DNA from: an uncultured Burkholderiales bacterium
GTDB lineage: Bacteria; Pseudomonadota; Gammaproteobacteria; Burkholderiales; Usitatibacteraceae
Direction: 5' to 3'
Assembly: GCA_964431425.1 (NCBI GenBank)
Contig: CAYSKY010000001.1
Location: 1 to 32,645, forward strand
DNA: 32,645 nucleotides
Positions 7,491 through 17,400 of the stretch are shown here, piece after piece. The notes below the pieces were generated by a model. It ran no database searches. It was not told the origin of the DNA and saw only the letters and a program-made list of their open reading frames with translations. A program made the position numbers and the translations under genes. Each line of letters begins with the position of its first letter. The first letter of the stretch is position 1.

Positions 7491-9193
7491 ACAATAAACA
7501 AAAACTCGAACTTACCTGGATCGGAAAGGAAAAGCGCCCGCGTCTGGAGCCGCGCATTCTGTTGGAAGATCCGGAGAAGTCCTATCACGCCAAGCGTCGG
7601 GTTTCGGACGACGACATATTCGACAACCGACTCATCTTCGGCGACAACCTGCTGGCGCTGAAAGCCTTGGAGGCAGAGTTTGCCGGCAAGGTGAAATGTG
7701 TGTTCATTGACCCACCTTACAACACCGGTAGCGCCTTCACCCACTACGACGATGGATTGGAGCATTCTATTTGGCTGGGTTTGATGCGGGATCGACTGGA
7801 GATAATCCGACGACTGTTATCAGATGATGGTTCATTGTGGATCACCATTGATGACAACGAGGCACACTACCTGAAGGTGCTGTGTGACGAGGTTTTGGGG
7901 CGGCGAAATTATGTAACCAGTGTCGTGTGGGAAAAAGATAAAGGGAGGAGAAGCGACACCACGTTTTCTGCTTCACATGATTATGTTTTGATTTATGCGC
8001 GTGATCCGGAGCGATTTGCTAAGTCCAGAAACCTACTTGATCGTACTGAGGGTCAGCTTGATCGATATCGAAATCCAGACAATGACCCAAGAGGACGATG
8101 GCTCCAAGGCGACAATGGCACAGCAAAAAGTGCTAGTGAAGGATCTCGGTTTCCAATAACGCTACCATCTGGTCGAGTAGTTGTGCCGCCACCAAGTCGA
8201 GGTTGGAGTTTTTCGCGTGACACGCTTGAGACTGCCCGAACAGAAGGGCGAGCGTACTTTGGTGCCAATGGCGATGGCATGCCAATCATCAAACGATACT
8301 TATCCGATGTTCAGGATGGGGTCGTTCCGAGAACATGGTGGTCAGCTGATGAAGCGGGCCACAACCAAGAAGCTAAGAGAGATCACTTAAACAAGCTTCT
8401 TCAGGGAATTGAGCCATTTCCAACGCCAAAGCCAGAGCGGTTGCTTGAACGAGTTCTTGCAATCGCGACTAACGAAGGTGATATCGTTCTTGATTCTTTC
8501 GCCGGCTCCGGCACCACCGGCGCAGTCGCCCATAAAATGGGCCGCCGCTGGGTCATGGTCGAATTAGGTGTGCACTGCCACACGCACATCATCCCGAGAC
8601 TGCAGAAGGTCATCGACGGCGAGGACAAGGGTGGCATTACAGAAGCAGTTGACTGGCAAGGCGGCGGCGGTTTCCGGTATTACAAGCTCGCGCCCAGCCT
8701 AATCGTCAACGATCGCTGGGGAAACCCGGTCATCAACCCGGAATACAACGCCGCGCAGCTCACTGAGGCGCTTTGCAAGCTGGAAGCATTTACCTATGCA
8801 CCGTCCGAATCGCAGTGGTGGCAGCACGGGCATTCCAGCGAGCGCGATTTCATTTACGTCACGACGCAGAATCTTTCTGCCGAGCAATTGCAGGCGTTGT
8901 CGGACGAGGTGGGTAGCGAGCAAAGTCTGCTGGTGTGCTGCGCGGCCTTCCACGGCATGGCGGCTGCCAAAGCATCGGAGCGCTGGCCGAATCTGACTTT
9001 GAAGAAAATACCGAAGATGGTACTGGCGCGGTGCGAATGGGGGCATGACGATTACAGTTTGAATGTGGCGAATTTGCCGATGGCCGCGCCTGCCCCTCAC
9101 CCTAGCCCTCTCCCGGGAGGAGAGGGGACTAAAGTGGTGAAGGGCAAGAAAGCGGTACCCGGTCAGGGTGGGCTGTTTGGGGACGGTGAATAA
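7487..9193 (+). CDS. mod: Site-specific DNA methyltransferase, type III Mod-like (N6-adenine/N4-cytosine class, DPPY motif)
   Basis: CVFIDPPYNTG places DPPY at nt 7709-7720. FAGSGTTGAVAHKMGRRWVMVE is the AdoMet-binding motif. I prefer the ATG at 7487 (ATGA overlap with herA) over the track start at 7472. The TAA stop overlaps the res ATG. Confidence 0.85.
   Translation: MNNKQKLELTWIGKEKRPRLEPRILLEDPEKSYHAKRRVSDDDIFDNRLIFGDNLLALKALEAEFAGKVKCVFIDPPYNTGSAFTHYDDGLEHSIWLGLMRDRLEIIRRLLSDDGSLWITIDDNEAHYLKVLCDEVLGRRNYVTSVVWEKDKGRRSDTTFSASHDYVLIYARDPERFAKSRNLLDRTEGQLDRYRNPDNDPRGRWLQGDNGTAKSASEGSRFPITLPSGRVVVPPPSRGWSFSRDTLETARTEGRAYFGANGDGMPIIKRYLSDVQDGVVPRTWWSADEAGHNQEAKRDHLNKLLQGIEPFPTPKPERLLERVLAIATNEGDIVLDSFAGSGTTGAVAHKMGRRWVMVELGVHCHTHIIPRLQKVIDGEDKGGITEAVDWQGGGGFRYYKLAPSLIVNDRWGNPVINPEYNAAQLTEALCKLEAFTYAPSESQWWQHGHSSERDFIYVTTQNLSAEQLQALSDEVGSEQSLLVCCAAFHGMAAAKASERWPNLTLKKIPKMVLARCEWGHDDYSLNVANLPMAAPAPHPSPLPGGEGTKVVKGKKAVPGQGGLFGDGE
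9106..9126. repeat. GC-rich hairpin (8-bp stem CCCTCTCC/GGAGAGGG, 5-nt loop) inside the 3' end of mod
   Basis: ccctctcc-cggga-ggagaggg sits within cctcaccctagccctctcccgggaggagaggggac and is translated as PHPSPLPGGEGT. The sequence resembles REP/MITE-like hairpins that are usually intergenic. Confidence 0.5.
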
Positions 9194-11928
9194 TGGATAC
9201 ACCCGTCCAGAACTCCCGAGTGTTCAATCACGTCAGCGGTCGATTATCTCTTCGCCCGCCACAGGCGGAATCGCTCTCCCGCTTGGTGCGCGCGCTCGAC
9301 GCGGCACCGGAACTGCTGGGCCACGAGCGCGATGTGGCTGCCGTGTTGGCCAGCCTCAAGGCGGATTTTCCGATGCTGGAGGATTTCGAACGGGAGTTTC
9401 CCTCGCTGTGCTTTGCGCTGGCGACCGGTGTAGGCAAGACCCGCCTGATGGGGGCGTTCATCTCATACCTCCATCTGGCGCACGGCATCAACAACTTCTT
9501 CGTGCTGGCCCCGAACCTGACAATCTACAACAAGCTGATCGCCGACTTCACACTCAATACCCCGAAGTACGTGTTCAAGGGCATCGCCGAGTTTGCCCAA
9601 CAGCCACCGCTGATCATCACCGGCGACAACTACGACCAGTCCGGCGCCGCGGTCGACGATCAACCCCGGGGCTTTGCCCACGACGTGCGCATCAACATCT
9701 TCAATATCTCCAAGATCAATTCGGAAGTGCGTGGCGGCAAGGAGCCGCGCATCAAGCGGATGAAAGAGGTGCTTGGCGATAGCTACTTCAATCATCTGGC
9801 GAATCTGCCCGACCTCGTGCTGCTCATGGATGAATCGCACCGCTATCGCGCTAGTGCCGGCGTGCGGTCGATCAACGATTTGAAGCCGCTGTTTGGTCTC
9901 GAACTCACCGCCACCCCGTTTGTGGAAGCGGGCAGCGGGAAGACCGTGCCGTTCAAGAACGTGGTGATGGACTACCCGCTGGCACGGGCGATGGAGGACG
10001 GGTTCGTGAAGGAGCCGGCGGTCGTTACCCAGCGCAACTTTGACGCCAAGGCCCACACGCCGGAGGAGATCGAGAAGACCAAACTGGAAGACGGTATTCG
10101 CTTGCACGAGATCACGAAGGTGGAGTTGCTGACTTACGCGCGCGAGAACGGCGTCAATGTGGTCAAACCGTTCATGCTCGTGATTGCCCGCGATACGATG
10201 CATGCGGCAGCGCTGAAAGAGCTGCTGGAAGAAAAACTATTCGAGGGTCGCTATCGCGGCAAGGTGATCCAGGTGGATTCGAGCCGTACCGGCGCGGAAG
10301 AAGAGGAAATGATCACGCGTCTGCTGGCCGTCGAAAGCGTGGACGAGCCGACCGAGATTGTGATTCACGTCAATATGCTGAAAGAAGGCTGGGACGTGAC
10401 CAACCTCTACACCATTGTGCCGCTGCGGGCCGCCAATGCGCGCACGCTGATTGAGCAGTCGATCGGCCGTGGCCTGCGATTGCCGTATGGAAAGCGGACG
10501 GGCGTGGCGGCGGTGGATCGGCTGAACATCGTCGCGCACGACAAGTTCCAGGAAATCATCGATGAGGCGAACCGCTCTGATTCTCCGATTCGGTTGAAGC
10601 AGGTCATTCTTGAGGCGCCGAATGACGACGACAGGAAGGTTAGTGTGCAGGTTAGTTCTGGGGCGATGACGCGGTTGGGGTTGAGTGATGCCAACACTGC
10701 CCTCTCCACCGGCCTCGCGCCCGTAGGCGGGCGCGGCGAAGCAAACACGCCGGTGTTTTCGACGGAATCGGAACGCAACGCGGCGCTTGTGGTGATGAAC
10801 GTCATCAGCACGTACGAGGTCAAGCGCGATCTCGTGCCGACCAGTAGCGCGCTGCTCAGTCCGGAGGTGCAGCGTCAGATTCTTGCCGAGGTCACAGAGC
10901 GGTTGAAGCCATTGCAAGGGATCTTGATCGCGGATGATGTCAAGATAGACCTGGCTGCTGTGGTCGCGAAAACCACCGAGATTGTGGTGCAGCAGACCAT
11001 TGATATTCCGCGCATTGCGGTAGTGCCGACAGGCGAGGTCACCACAGGTTTTCATGCGTTCGAACTGGACGTTCGCCAATTGAATCTGCAGCCGGGTGAA
11101 CGCGAGATCGTCGGCCAGATGCTGCGCACCAATGAGCAATTCACCTTGGCGTCGGAGGTCGGACTCAAAGAAGCGCGGCTTGAGGACTACATCGTCCATG
11201 CCTTGGTTGACTTCGACGACATTGATTATTTCGTCCACGCCAATCTGCTCTATGACCTCGCAGGTCAATTGGTGAAACACCTTCTCAGCTATCTTTCGGA
11301 AGACGAGGCGCGCAGCGTGTTGGATCGGGATCGGCGGCTGATTGCCAGGGAAATCCACGCGCAGATGATGGCGCACTTCTGGGATAAGGCAACCTCATAT
11401 GACGTACGGGTCAGTCGCGGTTTTACCGATATTAAACGTCCCACCTATACCGTAATCGAAGGACAGACGCTGCAACACTTCCGTGAAACAGTTGTTGATA
11501 CAAGCCGCATAAAGCAGATGCTATTCGGGGGCTTCCTGCGTTGCCTGCACAATGAACAGAAATTCGACTCAGATACTGAGCGCCGCTTTTGCATCATCCT
11601 GGAGCGCGACGCGTTGAAGTGGTTCAAGCCAGCGAAGGGCCAGTTCCAGATTTACTACAAGCTCGGTAGCGAACAGCCAGAATATGTTCCGGACTTTGTC
11701 GCCGAAACGGACTCGACGATCTACATGGTGGAAACCAAGGCGCGAACCGACGTCAACTCGCAAGAGGTCCAGGCCAAGGCGGATGCCGCAGCGCGCTGGT
11801 GCAAACACGCTTCGGAATACGCAGCGGAGGTTGGCACGAAATCGTGGAAATACTTGCTTCTTCCGCATGATGAGATTGCGGAGTCGAAGCGGCTGGTGGA
11901 CTATTTGCGCTATGAGGTGAAGAGGTAA
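9193..11928 (+). CDS. res: Type III restriction enzyme Res subunit (DEAD/DEAH helicase with a C-terminal PD-ExK nuclease)
   Basis: Motif I is LATGVGKTRLMG and motif II is LLMDESHRY. Also seen: MLKEGWDVTNLY and QSIGRGLRLPYG. The C-terminal YVPDFVAETDSTIYMVETKA fits PD...ExK. The ATG at 9193 overlaps the mod stop (TAATG). Confidence 0.85.
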   Translation: MDTPVQNSRVFNHVSGRLSLRPPQAESLSRLVRALDAAPELLGHERDVAAVLASLKADFPMLEDFEREFPSLCFALATGVGKTRLMGAFISYLHLAHGINNFFVLAPNLTIYNKLIADFTLNTPKYVFKGIAEFAQQPPLIITGDNYDQSGAAVDDQPRGFAHDVRINIFNISKINSEVRGGKEPRIKRMKEVLGDSYFNHLANLPDLVLLMDESHRYRASAGVRSINDLKPLFGLELTATPFVEAGSGKTVPFKNVVMDYPLARAMEDGFVKEPAVVTQRNFDAKAHTPEEIEKTKLEDGIRLHEITKVELLTYARENGVNVVKPFMLVIARDTMHAAALKELLEEKLFEGRYRGKVIQVDSSRTGAEEEEMITRLLAVESVDEPTEIVIHVNMLKEGWDVTNLYTIVPLRAANARTLIEQSIGRGLRLPYGKRTGVAAVDRLNIVAHDKFQEIIDEANRSDSPIRLKQVILEAPNDDDRKVSVQVSSGAMTRLGLSDANTALSTGLAPVGGRGEANTPVFSTESERNAALVVMNVISTYEVKRDLVPTSSALLSPEVQRQILAEVTERLKPLQGILIADDVKIDLAAVVAKTTEIVVQQTIDIPRIAVVPTGEVTTGFHAFELDVRQLNLQPGEREIVGQMLRTNEQFTLASEVGLKEARLEDYIVHALVDFDDIDYFVHANLLYDLAGQLVKHLLSYLSEDEARSVLDRDRRLIAREIHAQMMAHFWDKATSYDVRVSRGFTDIKRPTYTVIEGQTLQHFRETVVDTSRIKQMLFGGFLRCLHNEQKFDSDTERRFCIILERDALKWFKPAKGQFQIYYKLGSEQPEYVPDFVAETDSTIYMVETKARTDVNSQEVQAKADAAARWCKHASEYAAEVGTKSWKYLLLPHDEIAESKRLVDYLRYEVKR

Positions 11929-12291
11929 ATCTGGATTGTCGCGGCCACGCTGTTATGCCAACAATACGGACAGACAGTGCCTTAATATCTTAGCCCCGGA
12001 GTGACAGTCACCACCGGCATACGAGCCAGACCTCGTAACTGCCAGCGATCAACAGACTCCAGGGCATGCACTTCCCGAGACGCGCAAGCGCCTGAGTGAC
12101 CGTGTAATTGGGTATCAGGTTTAGATGGTTTGCCTGTTCGATTCACCATACCACGCCGGTCTCGCCGTCAAGGACTGCGCGCGCTCCGCGCGCTTGCGAC
12201 CTGGCGGCCGTTTGTCATCCCTGACTGCTTGCGCTGCGGCGTGCTTTTCCGGTCTCGGGCAATCCCGCCCGAACAAGACCGGAGCAAGATC

Positions 12292-12801
12292 ATGTCGCAA
12301 AATACTCTTCACAACGAATCGTCAGAACTTCTCGTCCGTGACACGTTAGGCCAATACCGTTTGGCAACTGGCGATGAAGTCCTCAAGGCCGCACACCAAA
12401 TCATCGGTCGGCGGGTCCGTCGGGGCACTTCAATGTCGTCACCGCAGGTTGTACGTGATTACCTGCGTACGAAGCTTGCCGAGCGCGAGCACGAGGTTTT
12501 CGTCACTCTCCTGCTCGACTCCCAGAATCGCCTTATCGAATACATCGAGTTGTTCCGCGGCACGCTCACGCAAACCAGCGTGTATCCACGCGAGGTCGTC
12601 AAGGTTGCACTCTCCCGTAACGCCGCATCAATGATCCTGGCGCATAACCATCCGTCCGGAGTTGCCGAACCCAGCCGAGCGGACGAACTCCTGACACAAG
12701 CACTCAAGCAGGCACTGGCGCTGGTAGACGTGCGAGTGCTTGATCATTTCGTCGTCGCTGGCGCTGACACGGTCTCGTTCGCTGAGCGCGGTTTGCTATA
12801 G
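12292..12801 (+). CDS. radC: RadC-like JAB/MPN domain protein
   Basis: EVFVTLLLDSQNRLIEYIELFRGTLTQTSVYPREVVK and ILAHNHPSGVAEPSRADELLT contain the HNHPSG JAMM motif. I chose the ATG at 12292. The track extension back to 12130 is Arg/Pro-rich and unlikely to be coding. Confidence 0.85.
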   Translation: MSQNTLHNESSELLVRDTLGQYRLATGDEVLKAAHQIIGRRVRRGTSMSSPQVVRDYLRTKLAEREHEVFVTLLLDSQNRLIEYIELFRGTLTQTSVYPREVVKVALSRNAASMILAHNHPSGVAEPSRADELLTQALKQALALVDVRVLDHFVVAGADTVSFAERGLL

Positions 12802-12885
12802 CGTAAAGGGGGCTTGCTCCCAGGCCTATGCGGGCTTTTGCCGCCTCCCGATATTTCCTAGTGAAACGATTCCTCTTACGTTGCT

Positions 12886-14355
12886 TCACGGGTCAAGGGA
12901 TCCACACGCTGACTTTGTGAAAATCGCAGTGGCATGACCATAAATACAGATCTCCTTCTGCGCAGGGTCAATCGGTGTCGTCCAAGGGCGATAACGGCAG
13001 ATATCGGGCGACGTTTTTGATTGAGGGGCTACGCATGCTCCATACAGCGGACAACCGACGAGCTGTTCTCTTGAGTCGTCATCCAGACTTTCAAATTCAC
13101 TGGTGGACCAAATCTCGGTACCTTGAAAGTGTGGCGCAACAAAAGAGATGATTGCTTGATACCGCAAGTTTGATATGTCATGGGGATCTCCTATTGGCAC
13201 AAACAGCGCGGCTTCTTTCCCAAGCTCCTGGTAAATATGACACGGAGGTATCTTCGTCATCAGTTCGGCAAGGGCGGCCGCTGGATCCGGCGCAAGTAAC
13301 ATGGAAAGGTCAAAAAACGGGTCTGCAGCACGCATCGCTAAGTAGTCTTTGAATTTGTCTTCTATCGACTGAATCGCCGGCGCAAGGTCTTTGCCTAGCC
13401 GCTTATAGTTCTCCATCAAAGGGGCCAACATCTTGGTGAACAAGTCTACAAGATTCGCGTTGAGGTCCAAGAGTACGCCGTGTACGACGAAGGCCGGGAA
13501 TGGACTGGCTTCCAATGGAAAACCGGTGTCTTTCAACCGTTGGCACAAATAGACGAATCGAGCGCCTGGGTCCGTGTATTGGAGGGCAAGCGTTCCTAAC
13601 CGCAGCAAGTGCATAGCAGGCGCATCACCGCCAGAGTAGTACCCGTAAACTGCCCGTAGGACACGATATGGCGTCGCAGGAATGCTGCCCATATCCATCG
13701 TCATTCCAAAGTGTTTTAGAAAAGCCCGCTGCGCTTCGATTGCGAGTCCTTCGCAAATCATCTCTGTGCCGAATTCGACATCAAAGTCAACGATATTCCC
13801 GGTAGTATCCGTTTTCCGCAAGCTCAGATGAGCGCGGGCGGCCTCTAGGGTGCTCGCGCCGAAATCGAAACTGGCCTTTGTCGTCCACGCCCGAGTGACT
13901 TCAATTTGGTCACCATACTTTTCTTCATCGAATCGAGTGTCAGACGGCGTAGTCTCGCCTTGGATTAGCTTCCTGAGATTTGCGTGAGTTGCGATACTAT
14001 TTTGAGCCGGGCCGGACAGGATTGCGGACCCCTTCGACTGTCTATTTGGTTGTAGCGTATCCATGAACTCGACAATTCGACGAAGCTGCAATACAAACTC
14101 GTAGAGACCCGAAATGGTCGAAATGTTCTGCAAGTAGTGCAAATACTCATGCACGAATACGGCGAGTCCCTCGATATCAGAGGTGGTGACGTCTTGTTGG
14201 CCGTTCTTTGAAGCCGTTGACGTGGCGCCGCTCGCACCGGCCGGCACCGGAAAGACCTGATTGTCCTTACTTAACCGGATGATAAATGCGTGTGGCTGGT
14301 ATAAACCTTCGGCATCCATTGCTTCGCGTCTGAGGTGGTCTAGTATTTTCTTCAT
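12886..14355 (-). CDS. Hypothetical protein with an HExxH motif (putative Zn-metallopeptidase-like) and a Cys-rich C-terminus; third gene of operon Y
   Basis: FVHEYLHYLQN places HEYLH at nt 14137-14151. The last ~60 aa carry 6 Cys (GCPLYGACV...DICRY...EICIYGH...SAC). The ATG at 14355 follows GAAGGG and lies 79 nt downstream of the giant gene's stop. The track extension to 14655 overlaps that gene. Confidence 0.6.
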   Translation of the reverse strand: MKKILDHLRREAMDAEGLYQPHAFIIRLSKDNQVFPVPAGASGATSTASKNGQQDVTTSDIEGLAVFVHEYLHYLQNISTISGLYEFVLQLRRIVEFMDTLQPNRQSKGSAILSGPAQNSIATHANLRKLIQGETTPSDTRFDEEKYGDQIEVTRAWTTKASFDFGASTLEAARAHLSLRKTDTTGNIVDFDVEFGTEMICEGLAIEAQRAFLKHFGMTMDMGSIPATPYRVLRAVYGYYSGGDAPAMHLLRLGTLALQYTDPGARFVYLCQRLKDTGFPLEASPFPAFVVHGVLLDLNANLVDLFTKMLAPLMENYKRLGKDLAPAIQSIEDKFKDYLAMRAADPFFDLSMLLAPDPAAALAELMTKIPPCHIYQELGKEAALFVPIGDPHDISNLRYQAIISFVAPHFQGTEIWSTSEFESLDDDSREQLVGCPLYGACVAPQSKTSPDICRYRPWTTPIDPAQKEICIYGHATAIFTKSACGSLDP

Positions 14356-14434
14356 ATGACACCCTTCGGTTAAGCTAACCTGCGGCCATATTCCTTGGCG
14401 TCGCTTTCTATCCAATGACCCATCAGATTCAGTG

Positions 14435-17400
14435 TTACGTAACCAATCTCTCAAATTCGCGTGTATTGGATATTTCCACGCCATCCTCCCTGTAGCTTCT
14501 CGCAATCGTTGAGCGCTCGGAACAACCTGCACCAAGCTCAAGGACTCTGGAATACCCCTCGGCCGACGCAACCACGAGCCAGCCTTTGCCACATCGATCA
14601 TCGAATCGCGGGCCTTCGCGGTCGACTGGACCATCCTGCCAGTAAACGGATTCAACCATTAGCTTCCCTGTGCTATCGCGCCATCGGAACAGACCGTGCT
14701 CATCAGGTATCCAATCCAACTTCCGGCACATAACAGGATTCGCCGCTAACCACTCATCTTGTCCGGCGACTGCCAAAAGCGGTGTGCCACGTATGACCGC
14801 CGTTAAGTCAGGCCGTGGACCGAGCCTGTCGGGGTAGTCAGACGCATACCAGGATCGATATGCCTCCAGCACTCTGCGGCGAGCGACCCCAGCCGTATCG
14901 AGGGAATGGTTGTGGTGCGCCTCCGCGAAACAGAGTTCCAATTTGCGTCGCTCGCGCGCATGGGTCCAGTCATAACCCGCGATGACGGTCACTTCGCCGA
15001 TGATGGCGAATTGCGATTCTGGATGACTCACAAACTGCAGCTCATTCATGTTTTCGTGCTTTGCCCATTCCGCGCATTCGCTTCTTTGATGCGGAATCGA
15101 CAAAGGTATGAACGGGGGCCTTACGTCAGGTCTGATGATTAGCGGATCTGCAATCCGGGCCAGCAGCCAAGCATGAAAAGATCGCGCGCTTAGCTTTTTC
15201 GCATCGACAAGCTCTCCGATGATGTGCCTGATCGCCCGATAGACAAGCGACGTCCTGGGACGTCGAAATGCCAGCTTGATGTCCAGTGAGTTGAGCTGTT
15301 CCCGCAATTTGCCTTCTGCGTCTGCGTTCCATAGCGTGACTGGTGCCAGCCTATGCATGATTTGCATACAGCGTTCCAATAGCACTTCGAATTGGACGTC
15401 GATCTGCTCTGCCAGGGCGCGGATTTCACTATCAAACGGCGCAACAATCTCAAAGGCATCACCAAGGTCCGGCAATGGTTCGCCAGGCGTCACCATCGCT
15501 GCCGTCACGGCACGCTGGCTCGTCGCAAGAGGTGGAAGCGACATGTTGTAAATGGGAGGCAACTCCGTCTTCGCGATTGTTGTTGGAGATGAATTGGCGT
15601 CCACCATTGCAAGCAGCTGCCGTGCCTGACGACGAACCCCAAAATCCGCATGTGATTCAAGTAGCCTGAGATTGGGGACCAGAACGGAAAAATCGGCGTC
15701 CAACATTCCTGCGGATAGGTTTAGCGCGCAAAGCAAATAGACGACTCCATCCGAATTGCCGTCGTACACCAAATGTTTCGCTATACACGCCAGAATCTCG
15801 GTGCGGTTGCCGGTCACGAGCAGGTCAAGAAGGCAGGTCTGTGCTTCCATTGCCAATTCATTGACGCGCGACCCCAGCAGGGCAACCACCGCGTCCACGA
15901 CAATCGCACAGGCGGCTTGTGATGGCCGATCACTCGAAAGTAGGCGTTGACGAGGCGTGTGTTTAAACTCATTCAACTCAAGAAAGTGCTGCTCAATTTC
16001 GCCCCAGAGAGCCTCGATGGGGACGGCCTGAAAGAGAAAACTCTCGAAATCCTCCAGTCCCGTAATCCGTTCGCGCGCGCCGCGATAAGATGCGCGATAA
16101 TCTTCCACCAAGGCGTTGAGCAGGAATGGGCGCCATTTTTCAGCGTCGATTTCGAGCAGGCACCGCGCTGTTTCAATTCGCGCGCCGCCATCGTATTGGT
16201 GAAGCCAGCCCCCCGGTTCGGATCGACCAAATGCCTCAAGCGCAGCTCGCCCGGCGAGTTCTCGCTCTCCACGCGCAAGTATGATCTTGCTGGTCGTGGC
16301 AAACAGTGCTCTCGTACTGCCGAGCTTGCCGAGAAGTTCCGGGAGCGCCATTAGTTCGTCGTTGGTCATCCCTTCGAGCTTGTCTGCGAGGACGCGGTCC
16401 CACGGGAGATATGTGACGCGTTGCGTTTGACCGATTAACGCCTTGAGATCCGCGAAGGTCGCTATTCGGGCGACAATCTCACTTTCGGAGAGTGACCCGC
16501 CATCGGCCAAGACAATCGGTTTGTCTGAGGTCCGCTCTGGCGCTTCCCAGCTGTTCTCACAACGCTTCTGGGCTGCTTCCTTCGCAGGGCCTCCCTCACG
16601 AAGTCCCGCCGCCATTCCCCTGAACCAGGCTTTTCTATGCGAAGGAAACTCCTTGGTATTGATGACTTCGGATAGGAATTCAGCAAGGTCCGCGGCGAAA
16701 TTCTTCGCATTGAGCTCCTCCGCACGAGTGAACAGCGCTTGACTGATTTCGCTGGCAAGATTTGCATTGAATGGCACCAGCAGGGCCGCAATGATTGGTG
16801 CAACAAGGTGCACGTTTTTGACGTCAGCATCCAGCAGGCCAAGCGCCAGACCCTCGACTCCCGCGCAATGCTCCAGAACTTGGGCGTGCAGTAAGGTTTT
16901 TCGTATGCGAGCCCCTAGATCCGGACTCGATTGATATCCGGTTCGGATGAGCGTGGTTGCCGCCTGCTGAATGGAACTGCCACGATGGCCGTTCACCAGT
17001 GAGCTGATGGCAGGCAGAAAGAATTCAACTTTGCTTGCGGCGAGCGCCGGATTCGATTTGCTCAATCGCAATAGCCATCGAGTCCAGTCCAACAACTGCG
17101 AGTCCTCGTCGTGATAGATCCCAAATGTGTGACTAAACGCGCTCGCTAACTCTATGCGTGCCGCATCGGTATTTCCGGCCAACGCCCAGGCCTTCGATTG
17201 CTCGAAATAGCTGTCAAATTGCTCTGTCGGCCCTTCATCGGCTGAATGCAATGTCGCGATGAACTTAAGGCGGCGCGCCAAATTCTCTTGTGCATCTCCG
17301 CGCCGCCAGAATTCGAGCGACAGCGTCCGCATAAGTGACTGTGACCAGTAATTCTGCGTGGCTGAATCGTGCCAATATTCCTCGATCGCAGCGGCCAGTG

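Noticed and set aside
1-11928. The helicase + methyltransferase + helicase-nuclease set considered as DISARM or BREX.
   Set aside because: No DUF1998, PLD, PglZ, PglX or BrxC-type genes are visible. The 911-aa protein has the standard type III Res motifs plus a PD-ExK tail. The upstream part of the locus is outside the window, so this cannot be fully excluded.
12121-12160. Possible tRNA 3'-end or att remnant (cctgttcgattcacc resembles a T-loop GTTCGAxTC).
   Set aside because: I could not form a T-stem or acceptor stem around it, and there is no CCA-adjacent acceptor pairing. A single 9-nt resemblance is not enough.
12802-12885. Bidirectional terminator between the convergent radC and HExxH genes (gcgggcttttgccgc).
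   Set aside because: Only a 4-bp stem can form, with no adjacent T-run in either direction.
14356-14655. N-terminal extension of the HExxH ORF (track start at 14655).
   Set aside because: It overlaps the 3' end of the giant gene by 220 nt in another frame. The ATG at 14355 has a purine-rich RBS-like sequence and lies after the giant gene's stop.
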